Source of the DNA: Felis catus
Taxonomy: Eukaryota
Assembly: GCF_018350175.1 (NCBI RefSeq)
Contig: NC_058368.1
Location: 29,948,001 to 30,012,000 of the forward strand
Reading direction: 5' to 3'
Length of the DNA stretch: 64,000 bases
Below the pieces are notes generated by a model that saw nothing but the letters and a program-made list of their open reading frames with translations, made no database searches and was not told where the DNA came from. The position numbers and the translations under genes were made by a program. Below are positions 28,157 through 41,125 of the stretch, piece after piece. Within the stretch, counting starts at the first letter, position 1. The number at the start of each line of letters is the position of its first letter.

Positions 28157-28702
28157 TGATGAGGGACCATAAAGCAAGCTGAGAGCCAAGCACAAGATAG
28201 CACACACTGGCCCCCCACCCCCCAGGTGGGATATGTGTGATATTCCGCAGGTACTCCTGGCTGCCCAAGAACAAAGGAAAGGACAGAAAACAAATGGTTA
28301 AACTGATAGAGTCTCCGTGGGTTTACAAATATCTTAGTACAATTACAAGAAAAGGACACTCTTATCAATAGCCTATTGTCCAGAAACTCCCTACTGTCTT
28401 AATGTTAATGCTTTGCTAGAGGGAAAAAACAACCTTAGCTTGACAATAGCCTGGCCTCCAGTAATCCATGAGTCTTCTTTAGCATACGGAAATCCCTTTA
28501 AGGAATTTCCCCTTGACTTTAATCTCCCCCCAACTCCCTAGTATATAACCAGTCACTCTGCACAACCCCAGTGCAGCTCTTTCTGCCCATGGGTCCTGTC
28601 CCCGTGCTTTAATAAAATCTCCTTTTTGCACCAAAGACATCTTCAAGAATTCTCTCTTGGCCATCAGTTCCAATCCCCCACCACCACCCCAAGACCTCAT
28701 CG
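28157..28702 (+). mobile_element. Solo LTR of a class I (ERV1-type) endogenous retrovirus, probably carnivore-specific
   Basis: Terminal inverted repeats TGATGAGG...CCTCATCG (terminal CA apparently changed to CG), 4-bp TSD GAAG (28153-28156, 28703-28706), TATATAA at 28542-28548 and AATAAA at 28611-28616. Confidence 0.85.
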
Positions 28703-30094
28703 GAAGTGTCATGGAGACTCCTCATGGAGACTTACTCTCTCACCTTCCCTGGGTTCCCAGAAATCCCCTGCACCAGGCATTTCCACCTGTCTCAGCCTAC
28801 AATTACTCTTTGCTGCAAAATGACCATTCCTTTGTCCTTCATTCTACTCCCCGAAGAGGTTGGCCTCAATTAGGTGTTGGGAGGAAAGCAATCTAATTAA
28901 ATTGATTCATATCAATGTGCTAATGAATGGTTCACCTTTAAGCTTTACAGGAATATTTGCATTTCGTAATGGAATTCCTAATCAATGGCAGAATCACCCT
29001 GGTAGAATTTCTGGCTGGAGGACAAAGCGAAGTGTAGACTTCCAGGCATCATGGAGAAGGCAGTGGTATTAAGGTTTGGAGAGGGAGAATGGTGTTCAAG
29101 TTGGTCAATTATGTAGCCTCATTGCCTGCAGGGCCCCCACCTAAAGCTTTTGCTGGCCACGTGTGAGCAAAGAACACAGCCATTTGAGAGCTAAATCTAG
29201 AGAGAGATGCTATCTATCTGCACCCAAGTGCAATTCCTTCAAAGATCTGAAGGATTAAGATCTGGCCTGCTGTTAAAATTATTGTTTAGAATTTGCATGG
29301 CCCATTTTATTTTCAGAGTTCTTTTTATTCATTAATTAGTTATTCATTTATTTAATGCAGTTTTTAATTGTGTGCTTATTCCATCTTGCAAGGTGGAATT
29401 ATTCAGAGGAACATTTAAAAGAAATTAACAGTATGACAGGGCTTATAATTGTGCTTTAATCTTAAATTAATATCCCTCCTGTTTTCACGTTACCAGGACA
29501 ATTATCCCGAATGGTACCAGAAGCAGGAAATTATGTATTGCCCTATATATGGCATCCCCTCCCGGAGAGCACACCATTTATCATGGCTTTTTAATCTCCT
29601 CCGTGTGCAATGGAAGATAAAACATCTCAACAATATTTCAGTGTTTGGAGAAGATTAAAGCCCTGCAACATTCCTGTTTGTTTCACCCACTTCCTCTGCT
29701 GCATCTAACTGGGTCAGAGTTGAGGTGGGTTTAGATATCCCTCTAGGAGTGTGGCTGTGTGTTTGGAGTTTTGGGGGACTCCCGGAACAAGTCTTAAAAG
29801 TTACCTTAGCTGGAAAAACTGGAAATGTGTTGGTTTCTCTCAGTATTTCCTTCTCCTTGCACTTCCTTTTTTCTCAGTGCTAGCTAGAATGTGCCTGGTG
29901 ACATTCACTGAGTTGAGAGAGGACAAAGCCAGCAGTTAGATGCCTGGACTCGCCGTGGCTTCCTTTTCCTTTATGGAAGAGCTTCTGACTTTAGGCAGTA
30001 GCCCCAAAACGAAAGTGCCTTCCCCACCTTGTCTGCTCTCCTGGGAGGCCTGAGAAAGATGCTTTGAGATTCTGGAAAACAGCCTATTGGAAGC

Positions 30095-30536
30095 TGCCTC
30101 AGTCAGGGTTCTCCAGAGAAACAGAACCAGCAGGGTAAACCAATATGAATAGGAACTCTATAAACCAATATTTATGTAAATTGGCTCATGTGATTGTGGG
30201 GGGCTGTCTAATCCGAAACGTGTGGGGTGGGCTGGAAAGTCAAGTAAGAGCTGATGTTGGAGTCTTGAGTCTGACGGTTGGAAACTCAGGTAAAATCTCC
30301 ATGTTGCGTTCTACAGGCAGAATTCCTTCTTTTTTGGGAAACTGTTTTTAAGATCTTCCATTGATTGGATGAAGCCCCTTGTATTATGGAGGGCAATCTG
30401 CCTTCCTGAAAGTCAGCTCATTGCAAATGTAAACCACATTTAAAAAATACCTTCCCAGTAACACCCAGGTTAGTGTTTGACCAAACAACTGGGCCCCACA
30501 GCTCAGCCGAGTTGACATATAAATTTGATCGGCACA
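30095..30536 (-). mobile_element. ERVL LTR (MLT2D-like)
   Basis: AGTCAGGGTTCTCCAGAGAAACAGAACC...TTGGCTCATGTGATTGTGG...TTAGTGTTTGACCAAACAACTGGG...AGTTGACATATAAA. Confidence 0.85.
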
Positions 30537-32424
30537 GAGACCAGTGTCCTGCTGACTGCAGGGTCCACAGTGCCTTCTTCATGTGACAAGTAGTTAACTC
30601 CAAAGCTGCCTCTCACCCTGACCATGCCTGGTGAGCTCGCCCAGTTGGGATGCTCAGCCATCAATCAACCAGATTCCCTCCTTTGGAGCAAAGCGTGGCC
30701 CTTATAGGATGGCCAAGGTTTCATTTCTGTGTTCCTCGGCCTCCCTTTGGCATATCCTCCTCTTCCTGTTTCAGGGCTCCTGACCTGCCACTCAGGAGCA
30801 CAGGGCTCTCTTCCCCCAGAGCATGTTTAAAAAGCAAACTCTTTCCTATACATATAATAGACATATGGAAAAAAGCACAAGTCAGAATTTTCACCAATTC
30901 TGTCTCCTTGTGTAAGCAGCCCAGACCTTGAAACAGCACTCCTACCCCTCAGAAGCCTCCCTTGTGCCACAACGCTGTCACCACGCCTTGCCCCCCCAGG
31001 GTTGCCTCTCTGTCCTGACCTCTAGCCCCACACGTTAGCTTTGCCTTTGTTTTGAGTTTCATATAATGAGACAATACAGTGTGTTTTCTTTCACCATAGT
31101 ATAATTTTGGGTAAAGAAATACCATGATGGGAAGTACTTTGAGTGGCTCTATCCCTTCTCTCCATCTATCCCTGCAATCAACACACATGACTGGTACCTT
31201 ACACATGGGGCATCATGCCTGAGACTGTGGACACACACGGGGTTGCCCAAGAGACATTACAGAACAGCAACCTGGAGGCTCTGTGGGGAAACCAGGAAGG
31301 GGCCCTGCCACAGCAGTCTCAGAGGTAGCTCCAGCTCCTAGGAGTCCTCTCAGAAGCCTTCTGTGAGCTAAGGCAGCACTCCTGACTTGTCCTGTGGCAT
31401 CATGGCTCTGGGCGGGGGGCACCCTATTGGCAAAGTCACAGTTCTGTCACTCCTAACCCACCTGTTCCAAACTCTTAGCACCCTCCTGGTTCTCTGTAGT
31501 TTTTCAATAGACTAGTTGCTGATAAGCACCCTGGCTGATAACAGTTTACTGCATTTCCTCTCCGATAAGGTGTTCATATCTTAATAGTGCCAGAAGCCAC
31601 AGAGCAGCTCTGCTCCCTCTGGGTGGCCCATAGGATTCATTTGCTTCCATCTCCTTCAGTGGCTGCTTTGCTCCTCCAGACCCCTAAATAGGATGTCACA
31701 CAAGGTCATGTCCTCACACCCCCCATCTTCATTACATTCCTCTTGATCACAGACATTAGCTCCTTCCTGCCACTTCCCCAGGCCACAGTCTGTGTTTCCA
31801 CTTTCTTATGGGAATCTAGCCCATGTCTCCGACGCCTGCTCCTCAGATGTCCTCTTTCCCTCTGCCCCACCCCCCTGCCACTTTCTACAACCTGTGGATC
31901 CTCTCATTTCGCCTGCAAGAAACCCATGTGCCTATGCCTTTCTTTTCAGCCCTGTCCCCACCACCATCCAAGCCCTCTCCCTTTTCCATCCTTCTTGATT
32001 GTTGAAAATGTCGCCCTTCCCACCTTATCACTCTCCACCCCCATATCTTCTGCATCAATCTCAGATGCATCTTTTAATCAGCCTTGATTGCTGCTCAGTG
32101 CTTTTGGGGACGAGCTTTGGGCCAGGCATCCACATCCTCTGTGACTGGCGCCTGGAACCTCATCTCTGTAGAGCATCCTCATCACGGTGTGGCCTTTCCC
32201 ACTGCTACTACTTTTCCTATTGCTGCTTCTGTAGGACATAACACTCTAGCACTGGACAGACTCAAGGGGTCACAGAGATCAAGCCCCTCATCCCAATAGC
32301 ATGTCTTGGTGTCTCCTGCACATCGAGTGGCTCTTGGCCTGGACAGCCTCTTTTGGTACCCCTGCAGGGAGGGGTCTTTCCCCTCCTGAACTCTGCTGCA
32401 CTTATGATCCGTGTGGCTCTTACT

Positions 32425-32886
32425 TTATGTCAGAAATAATTTTGTATCTGAATGTTTAACCTGTGAATATGTTAGGTTACATGCAGAGGGAGAGTAGGTA
32501 GCAGATGGAATTAAGGTTGCTAATCTGCTGACCTTGACCTTGAGATCATCAGGCAATGATCCTGATTATCTACAGTGGCCCAATGTAATCACAAGGGTCC
32601 TTAAAAGTGGAAGAGGGAGGCAAAGAAAAGAGTCTGTGTCAGGGAGGTGTGACATGGGAAACACCTGACCGGACACTGCTGGCTTTAAAGATGGAGGCAA
32701 TGGCCATGAGCCAAGGACTGTCCAGCAGCCTCTAGAAGCCAGAAAAGACAGAAACGTGGAGTCTCCCTCAGGCGCTCCAGAAGGGAATACAGCCCTGACA
32801 ATGCCTTTGATTTTAGCCCAGTGAGATGAGCTCTAGAACTGTAAGAAAATGAATCTGTGCTGTCTTAAACCACCCATTTTGTGGCT

Positions 32887-32922
<36 letters not shown>

Positions 32923-32945
32923 GCATCAATAGAAACATTATATAC
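32425..32945 (+). mobile_element. MaLR LTR (MLT1D-like) with a T32 run at 32888-32919, inserted in an L2 relic
   Basis: ACCTGTGAATATGTTAGGTTACATG...CAATGTAATCACAAGGGTCCTTAAAAGTGGAAGAGGGAGGC...TGATTTTAGCCCAGTGAGA...CTAGAACTGTAAGA. Confidence 0.85.
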
Positions 32946-33643
32946 TCCCCAACTAGATTTTCAGTATGTAGAGGGCAGAGACATTCCTTGTACTTCTTTG
33001 TGTATCCCACAAGGCATATAGCTTAGTGTCTTGTTCACATTAGGTGCTCAGTAAATGGCCACAGGTTGTTTTCAGGACCGTCAAGAGGGTGGTGCCGGCC
33101 TTGGTACCTTCCCACAGCCCTATAGAGCCCCATTGTGTCCTCTGGGCTCACATCCAGACTCCTGGTCATCAGCTCTTTCTGTATCTTCATTAATGGACAA
33201 TATTTTAAGATCGGACACTTCTTGGAAATGTTTTCATTTATAAGGGTAGTTCTAGAGCTATAAACACATCACACCCAAAGGTTTTAAGCCACATACTTGA
33301 ACAGTTAGGCGATGATACTGGTGGCCTTGAATCGGCTTCCTACTGGGTGGTTAACTTCCCGTGCACATTTCTACACTAGGAAGCCAACGAGCCAGGAGAT
33401 GTGGGTCCTAAACTCTGCTTCTCCACCAATTTCTTGGGTGTCCTTGAAGGAGTTACTTAACCTCCCTGAGCCTGAGATACAGGTTAATATGCTTTCCCCA
33501 TTTCCCAGGCTGTAACTGGAGGCCTCCTCCAGAGAGGGGGGTGAGGCCCCACCCTGCCCAGAAATTCATCCAGTGAGACAGTGAGTCTGGAATGTGCCCA
33601 TGTTTATTTTTAAAATGAAAATGCATTTAAAATGAATACACCT

Positions 33644-33838
33644 AGGGCTCTTGGGTGGTTCAGTCAGTCAAGTGTCTGGCTCTTGATTTCAGCTCAGATC
33701 ATGGTCTTGCGATTTGTGTATTTGAGCCTCATGTCGGGCTCTATGTTGACGGTGCAGCGCCTCCTTGGGATTCTCTCTCTTTCCCTCTCTCTCTGCCCCT
33801 ACCTCTCTCTCTCTCAAAATAAATAAACTTTTAAAAAA
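33644..33838 (+). mobile_element. CAN-SINE (diverged)
   Basis: GGGTGGTTCAGTCAGTCAAG...TCTTGATTTCAGCTCAGATCATG...CT tract...CAAAATAAATAAAC. Confidence 0.88.
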
Positions 33839-34911
33839 TGATAGATGGATACAGCTTGAAGACATGGCACAGCCAGCCTGTGGCTCTCCAGATTCCTGGT
33901 ACATTTGAGGGTAAGACTATCGTAGTCTACGTGCTTAGCTCCACTAGCCTGTGTCCATCTGAAATTTTATTTTGATGTTTGTACTTCCCCTTCTCACCAG
34001 ATGGAACTTCTCTCTTTATCCCAATCCTGCTCAGACAGGTGAGCAGAACCCATAGCTGGCCACCCACTGCCTTCCTGGACAATCACACTTCTCCCTTTTC
34101 CTCCCACAGGGGCTTAGTTCTGGACTCTATTGCCTCACCTGTTGGTGTGATCAGTTCTGTTACAAAATCTGCCACGTGGAGAGATGGCGTTTCCCCTCTC
34201 GTTCAGACACATCTGTGTCCTGCCCGGTGGGAGAGGAGAAGGATCTTGTGGCATCCTGGTCACCATCAGGTCTCCGGTCTCAGCTCTGCCACCAGCCAGT
34301 GGAGCACTCTAAGCAGCTCACCTCCCCGATAGAGGTTACCCGTTCTGTACTGAAAAAGAGGGGCTCGAAGTAGATGGACCTGGAAAATGGGGTGACCAAG
34401 CATCCCGCTCAGAATTCTCTAAGGACTCCCATCACCCTCAGGAGGAAGTCCAACCTCCTCACAAGGCCTTTTGTGGTCCCTCCCCTCTTTACCTTGAGAG
34501 CTTCATTCTCAGTCTCCTCAGACTCGAAGATCTGGCAGCAATGAATGACTTAAATTCTCAGACATGCCATATTCTCTCTGACTCCCAGGACTTTGCTGCT
34601 CCTCTGTCTTCACCACATTTCCTGTACCCTGTCTTGCCTCTCACTCTCTTCCATTCTTACTTACTTTTAAGGGACTAAGCTAAGACTTCCACTTTCTGAG
34701 GCAGTCTTTCTGACCTTGGACCCTCAGATTTGATGAGGTACTACTTTCTTGCAGGCCACTAACACGCTGCCTATAGCTTTCATTTGGCATGATTCTGACA
34801 GCCTGCTTTCTTGGCTGAGTCCTGTCTTTGCCTGACAGTCTTCTGGAAGACTTCTTAAATCTTCTTGAAGGCAAGCCATGATTTGTTCACAATGGAATCC
34901 CCAGTGTCTAG

Positions 34912-35270
34912 AGCTGTACTGGCCAATATGGTAGCTACTAGCCATAGGTGGCTACTGAGTACTTGAAATGTGGCTACTTCAATTGAGATGTGCTAGAAGT
35001 ATAAAATACACATTGGATATAAAGACTCAGTAAAAAAAAAAATAGAAGAGGAAAAATGTGAAATAATTTTATACTCTCATTCATATTTTTTTATATAGAT
35101 TACTTGTTGGACTGATAAGACTTAGGATATACTGGGCTAAATAAAATGTATTATTAATATTAATTTCACCTATCTCTTTGTATTCTTTTGAACGTGGCTG
35201 CTAGAATATTGAAAATCACATATGAGGCTTGCATTTGTGGCTTGTATCATGTCTGTATTGGACTGTGCTG
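34912..35270 (-). mobile_element. MER33 hAT-Charlie MITE
   Basis: Reverse complement of the recalled MER33 consensus (CCAATATGGTAGCTACTAGCCAT...TGAAATGTGGCTA...TAATTTCACCT...TATTGGAC). Confidence 0.8.
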
Positions 35271-36249
35271 GTCCACAGTGTATTGCCCGGTGCATCTGTT
35301 GGGTGAATGAGCTGGTAGAGGGATCTCTAGAAAAGCACAGAACCTCAGCTCATGTTGATCGAAATGCTGGCTTTGCTCCAAGTGTGACCCCACTCCCCTC
35401 TCATACTGTCAATGCTCTGAGCTGGGCGGTCTGGCTCTAAGTGACCTATGGGCCTGTGTCCTCCAAGGATGAAGCAAACTGGGGTGAGATACCCTGCCTT
35501 AACCTATGACTCCTGCAGGTACATTGTGGACCTTCTGCATATCTCTGGAATAAAATATTAACTTGACATCCTGAATTGGGAATAGGACAGATGCTCATTT
35601 TGAACAACTGTAATACCCTTTGATAGTATCAGAGGTGTTCATTCTCAGCAGCAGAGGGTGAGAACATTCTCTTACTGGAAATTTCATGTTGTATAATATC
35701 TTGATGCTGTAATGAAGTAGGATGTATTGGTTATTTTGGGAACTTTCCAAGGCTCTGCAACCTTGAAGAACAAAGAACCTTTTATTAAAGTGCAACTGTA
35801 GATTTTCTTTGGGTCTATATTCTGACTTTTTCCTCATCCTGTACTTTGTGAGCTGATTGTAAAACTAGGTTGGAAAGGTGAGTTTAGTAGACCATGCTTA
35901 TCACAGTCAGGAGTCTTCAAACTTTGATTTTTTGAGGATTTAGTGGTTGCTTGAGACAGCACTAGGTGTAATGAAACACAGTCTTTTGAGGTGCCAAAGC
36001 TCAAACTGGGCACAGAAATTCTTGAGTCTGGCTGACATTTTGAAAGCCATATTCTTACAACACAACGGGTTTGGGTTTTTCCCTTCACAGCCAGCATTTA
36101 CATAGTGCTTTTGTAATTTTCAAAATATGCTTGCACACACATTATCTCCTTTGGTCTTTGTATTTATTTGGTACCCTTGTAAACAAATGTCTTTGGTAGT
36201 ATTGTCTGTACTTTACTGTCTTCCATTTCTTTCTCCTCACTCTATAAAT

Positions 36250-37585
36250 GTCCTCAATCATGCTTTCAGACTCACCCCTCTCTTGAAACTGTTCTCCCAA
36301 AGGGTCACCCTCATCCACACGTTGCTAAATCCAGTCGTCAATCCTCAGTCTCATTTTACTTGACTCATCTGAGTCATTTGACATAGTTGATCGCTCTTTC
36401 CCCCTTGAAATTCTTTCTTTTTGGCTTCAAGATGTCACACTTGCCTGGCTTTCTTCTGACCTTGAGGGCAGCTCCTTCTCCATCTCCTGGACTGTTACCT
36501 TCACAGTTTCCTAACTTTTCACTTTGCAACCTTCCAGATCTCAGATCTCCGATGTCTTCTCTTTAAAAAAAAATCTATAATCTCTCTATTGGTGATTCAC
36601 CGGGTCTTATGGTTTTAAGTATCATCGCTATGCTAACAATTTCTAGATATGTATCATGGACCCGAACCTCTTCTCTTAATTCCAGACTCATAGATCCAGT
36701 TACTTACACAACATCGCAACTTGAATGTCTAAAAAGTATCTCCACCTTGACATTCCCAAACAGCCTGGAACTTCCCCCTCTAAATGTGCTCCTTTCAGTT
36801 AACACCAACGTCATCCTTCCATTTGCTAAGGCCAGAGACCTGAGGGTTAGCCTTGACTCCTCTCTTTCTCTTACATCCCACAGCAAATATTCTCCTCTCT
36901 CACACCATTTCCACTGCTGCCATTCTGGTCTGACCCATGTTGTCTTTTGCCTGGATTCTCTTGGAAGCCTCCACAACTTTCTCAGCATAGTCTGTTGACT
37001 GATCCTGTTAAAGTGTACATTAGACCATGTTGCTCCTCAACTCAAATGGCTCCCACTTACCCAGAGTAAAAGCCAACATCCTTCTAATGCTCTTGAGGTC
37101 CAGTGTGGTGTGGCATTCCTTCTGACACCACCAATCCTCTTCCATTTGATTCTGTGCCAGCCACACAGCCTCTTGGCTGTGTCATTCAATTCCAGGTGAC
37201 GTGCCTGCCCTGGGGTTTTGCATTTGCTTTTCCCTGGAATGCTCTTTCCTCAGATAACCTCATGTCTTTGTCTCTTACCCCCTTTACACCTTTATGTAAA
37301 TGTCTTCATCCCACAAAGGCCTTCCCTGACCAGCCGATTTAAATATGCAACCCCTGCCCCAAACTTCTCCTATGTCCCTTTCTTACATTATTTTTCCCCA
37401 GAGTATTTCATACCATCTGACATACTACATACTTTACTTACTTATATTGTTCATTGTCTGTTTGGTATGAAACTGTTAGATCCCTGAGGGTAGGGATTTT
37501 TATTTTTGTTACTATATCACTCAACGCCTAGAACAGTGCCTCACACATAGGACACACCTGCTAAAGATTTGTAAATAAATGAGTC
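36250..37585 (+). mobile_element. L2 relic (RT region to 3' end)
   Basis: TTGCTAAATCCAGT...CATTTGACATAGTTGATC...TTGGCTTCAAGAT...CCTTGACTCCTCTCTTTCTCTTACATCCCACA...CCTAGAACAGTGCC. Confidence 0.8.
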
Positions 37586-37868
37586 CTATTAAGTAAACAT
37601 TATGATTATTCTTTCCTCCATTCTATGAATGAAGGAATTGGGATCTCAACACCAAACATTCACATGCAAAACAAAACAAACCTTAACTAAGAACAGGTAG
37701 AGCATCATCAATGTCCTTGACCCAGGGAATGGTCTGGTTCAAGATATGCATAGACTGCTTATATTTGGTAATAGTTGGTCTAGTCACTAAAGGATTATAA
37801 TGAAGCAATACACCTAAAAATTCAGTTAATGTTTTATAAATGTTACTTATTTAAAAAATAATCTTGAA

Positions 37869-38033
37869 GAAGCACTTGGGTGGCTCAGTCGGTTGAGCAT
37901 CTGTCTTTGGCTAAGGTCATGATCCCACAGTTCATGGGTTCGAGCCCTGCATCGGGCTCTGTGCTGACAGCTCAGAGCCTGGAGCCTGTTTTGGATTCTG
38001 TGTCTCCCTCTCTCTCTCCACACCACCCCCCAT

Positions 38034-38069
<36 letters not shown>

Positions 38070-38101
38070 AAAAATAAACATTAAAAATTAAAAAAAATTT
38101 T
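37869..38101 (+). mobile_element. CAN-SINE (SINEC_Fc type)
   Basis: Full body with TSD AAATAATCTTGAA at 37856-37868 and 38102-38114. Confidence 0.92.
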
Positions 38102-38513
38102 AAATAATCTTGAAAACTTTTCATTAAATATTAATTTTCCCAAAGACATCAAAGTCTCCATTATTCATTCTAAGTATAGTAGCAAGCTGTCCTGTAAGGA
38201 AAGTGGAAACTGAAATGTCATCATGTAGCAATTGAAATGCAAAACTCTTAAAAGCAAGATGAAATCAGAGAAGGCTTTGTCTCCCTCATCACAATTTTGC
38301 TGGATCTCTTGGGTTCTAGCAGTCAGTTGCCAGTTCCTACTTGATAGGCACAGGTGATAGCTTGAGGCTAACTGTTCCAACTCGCTGCTGCCACGTCCAT
38401 GATTAGAAGATAGAGACTAGAAAAGGAGGTTTCAGGCATTGTCTTGGGACTTACCTCCTGTAGGAAGACTTAACCCCCACCCAGAACCGATTAGATACCC
38501 TTTTCCATAGTCG

Positions 38514-38694
38514 CAGTCAGCTTCATGGGCATCAGACATCACAGGGACAACCTGTGCTGTCCCACAGGGCCCCACACTTAGGAAAGCTTCACACTTGCCT
38601 TGATGCTTCGCTATGACTTAGAATTCTTAACCATTTTGGAACAGGAGACCCACATCTTCATTTTTCCCTGTGCCCCTCATGGGCCAACTCCCTG
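38514..38694 (+). mobile_element. MER91A-like hAT-Tip100 MITE
   Basis: GCTTCATGGGC...CCTGTGCTGTCCCACAGGGCCCC...GAATTCTTAACCATTTTGGAACAGG matches the recalled MER91A layout. Confidence 0.65.
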
Positions 38695-39732
38695 ATAAGT
38701 CAAAGCTGGGTTAGGTAGTTAAGTGAAGCCCAGGATGGACAAGCCAACAGTCAACTTCAATTATGTTAAAACGATCATAGATGAGGTTGAGTTATTTGAT
38801 AGTTCTGTGAGTTCTGTGATCATATTTGCATAAATTTCCTGCACATGTTTGGCTATTGCTTCCTTTTATGATTCATTAAATTTTGTTCTATTTAAATAGC
38901 AGGTTGAAAATCGGTTGCATTGTGTTCTAATTGTTTTCCAAAACTCATAAATCTAAGTTTAGTCATATGGCATGTAATCTGTGGTAATACCTTTTACCAT
39001 TATGCTGTTCTGATGAAATTGAGGAAACGCAATATCCAAATTGCCACATTCTTGTTGTGATCTTTTCTTTTCTTTTTTTTTTTTTTGTTGAGAAAATTTT
39101 CTTTGCCTCAGAAGAGCTAGCTTTTCAAACGTGAAATCTTTGGAATAGTAATTGCCTATCCAAAAGGCCCATAAAAGCTAGCTAGGTCACACACATAAAG
39201 GAAAGAGCCCCGGTGAATGGTATGGACCACGGCCAGCTGGGGAGTAGGTGTGTGGTTTAAAGGGGCAGCTGCTGTCTATCTACCTGCTCACTGAGAGGGG
39301 AGTGGAGGCCTGCCATTACTGTGTCTTTCTTTGGCCCCCAAAGGAACTCTGAGCAGAAATTTATGTGAAATACCTTAGTTTTTAATCTCTTGAGCTCAAA
39401 AAAAACCCACTTGACTGCTGTCGGAGAGGTAATTCTTAAACATGATTCCTTCCCTTTGTCCCAAATAGCTCAGAAATATCTTTCCTTTCTCTCACATGAT
39501 AAACTTTTTAAGATAAAGAAAAAAATTACGTATAATTTCATTTTGAGGCTCTTTAGAGAGAAATTTTGTAACATTTAACACTCATGAAGAAATGTTAAAT
39601 TTGAAATCCAATGACAGTAACCCACCTGGTTAGCTAACCTCCTGTCAGTGGAAACAGCCATTTGGTACAACTTCTGATGTTTCAGTAACCTCCAAAACTT
39701 CTCCATCACAATTAATGCTGTATGCTCCATCA

Positions 39733-40053
39733 TAGCACCAAGCAATAGAAATATAATATAGGTCACATATGTAATTAGAATTTTTCTAGAAGCCACATTA
39801 AAAAATAAAAAGAGGTGAAATTAATTTCAACAAAATGTTTTATCGAACTCAGTATGTCTAAAATATTACCATTTCAACATGTGATCAATATAAAAATTAC
39901 TAATGAGATATTTTATGTTCTTTTCTTTCATACTAAGTCATTGAAATCCAGTCTGTATGTTTTTACTTATAACACACCTTGGCTCAGACTAGGCACATTT
40001 CAATGGCTTGATAGACACATGTGGCCAGTGGCCAGCATATTGTACCACTCAGG
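39733..40053 (+). mobile_element. MER33 hAT-Charlie MITE
   Basis: CAATAGAAATATAAT...CACATATGTAATT...GCCACATTAAAAAA...AGGTGAAATTAATTT...CATTTCAACATGTGATCAATATAAAAATT...CACATGTGGCCAGTGGC. Confidence 0.88.
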
Positions 40054-40951
40054 TTTGACATGTTCTGCTGTGCTTACGTGTCCAAAGTCATTCAGCTAGG
40101 AAGTTGGCAGATCCAATAGTTTTGCTCAGTATTTTGGACTCTTTGTCCTTCTCACTACATTGATTTGCCCCTAAGTACAGAATTCTTCACTTGGATTTGG
40201 CATTTGCAGGATTTGAGAAGATTCGGGGCCGAGCAAGTGATGGAAACAACAACAAAAAATAAAAGACATGACTAAATCTGAAAATGCTGTCGTGGTTGCA
40301 GTGGTCACGTACAGAATTTCCAGGCGACAAACGTTCTTGGATGCAGAAAGAGTTTGACTCTTTCTCACGGTGAGAGATGTATGAAGCTAGACACATACAA
40401 CTAACTATATGCTAGTGGAGAAGCCTGACTTCATAACTCAGGTGATCTGGATATGAGGCAAGCCTCTGTAAAGGGGGAGATGAGCGAGAGGAGAAAGTAC
40501 CTTCACTTCTGGCTGGGAAAACCAACTCACCTGGCCTTTGAGGGCTAACAGGTGACTTACAATGGCCAATAGCAAACTCAGGTATTGCTATAAGGATGCA
40601 GTGAGGGGATGCCTCAATGCAGTGGTCAGGAGAAGGCAAGAGGAATTTAGGGAGCAGTCCATTGTCTTAGGTCTCTGGGCAGAGACTCTCTTGTGGGCTC
40701 CAGAGATAAGCCTGAGGCTGTCCACCCTGGTGGTAGTGGGTGTTTCCTGACTCCACACCAGCATCCCTGAGGGAAATACTGTGAGTGTACTTACGGCTCA
40801 TTAGTCCAAACTTCCTCCATAAAAAGTGTAAAGCTTTTCTCCTTCCTAAAAAGTTAGTACACTATATGTTACCTTCCAACGCGTTTTTGTTGGTGGTGTT
40901 TTTCAGCATCTGCAGAGAACTTTGCACTGCTTGCGTTAGTTATGCGCTTAA

Positions 40952-41125
40952 ATTTTTATTTTTATTTTTTACTGTTTATTTATTTTGAGAGAAAGAATCC
41001 CAAGCAGGCTCTGCGCTTGTCAGCACAAAGCCAGATGCAGGGCTCCCTCTTGTGAACTGTGACATCATGACCTGAGCCAAAACCAAGAGTCAGTGGCTCA
41101 GCCAACTGAGCTGCCCAGGAGCCCC
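40952..41125 (-). mobile_element. CAN-SINE
   Basis: TGTTTATTTATTTTGAGAG...GAATCCCAAGCAGGCTC...ATCATGACCTGAGCC, with short TSD AGTTATGC. Confidence 0.88.

Noticed and set aside
34912..40053. Two MER33 copies in opposite orientation, as if the ends of a composite transposon
   Set aside because: Each is a complete, independently diverged MITE, and the DNA between them (L2, SINE, MER91A) holds no transposase.
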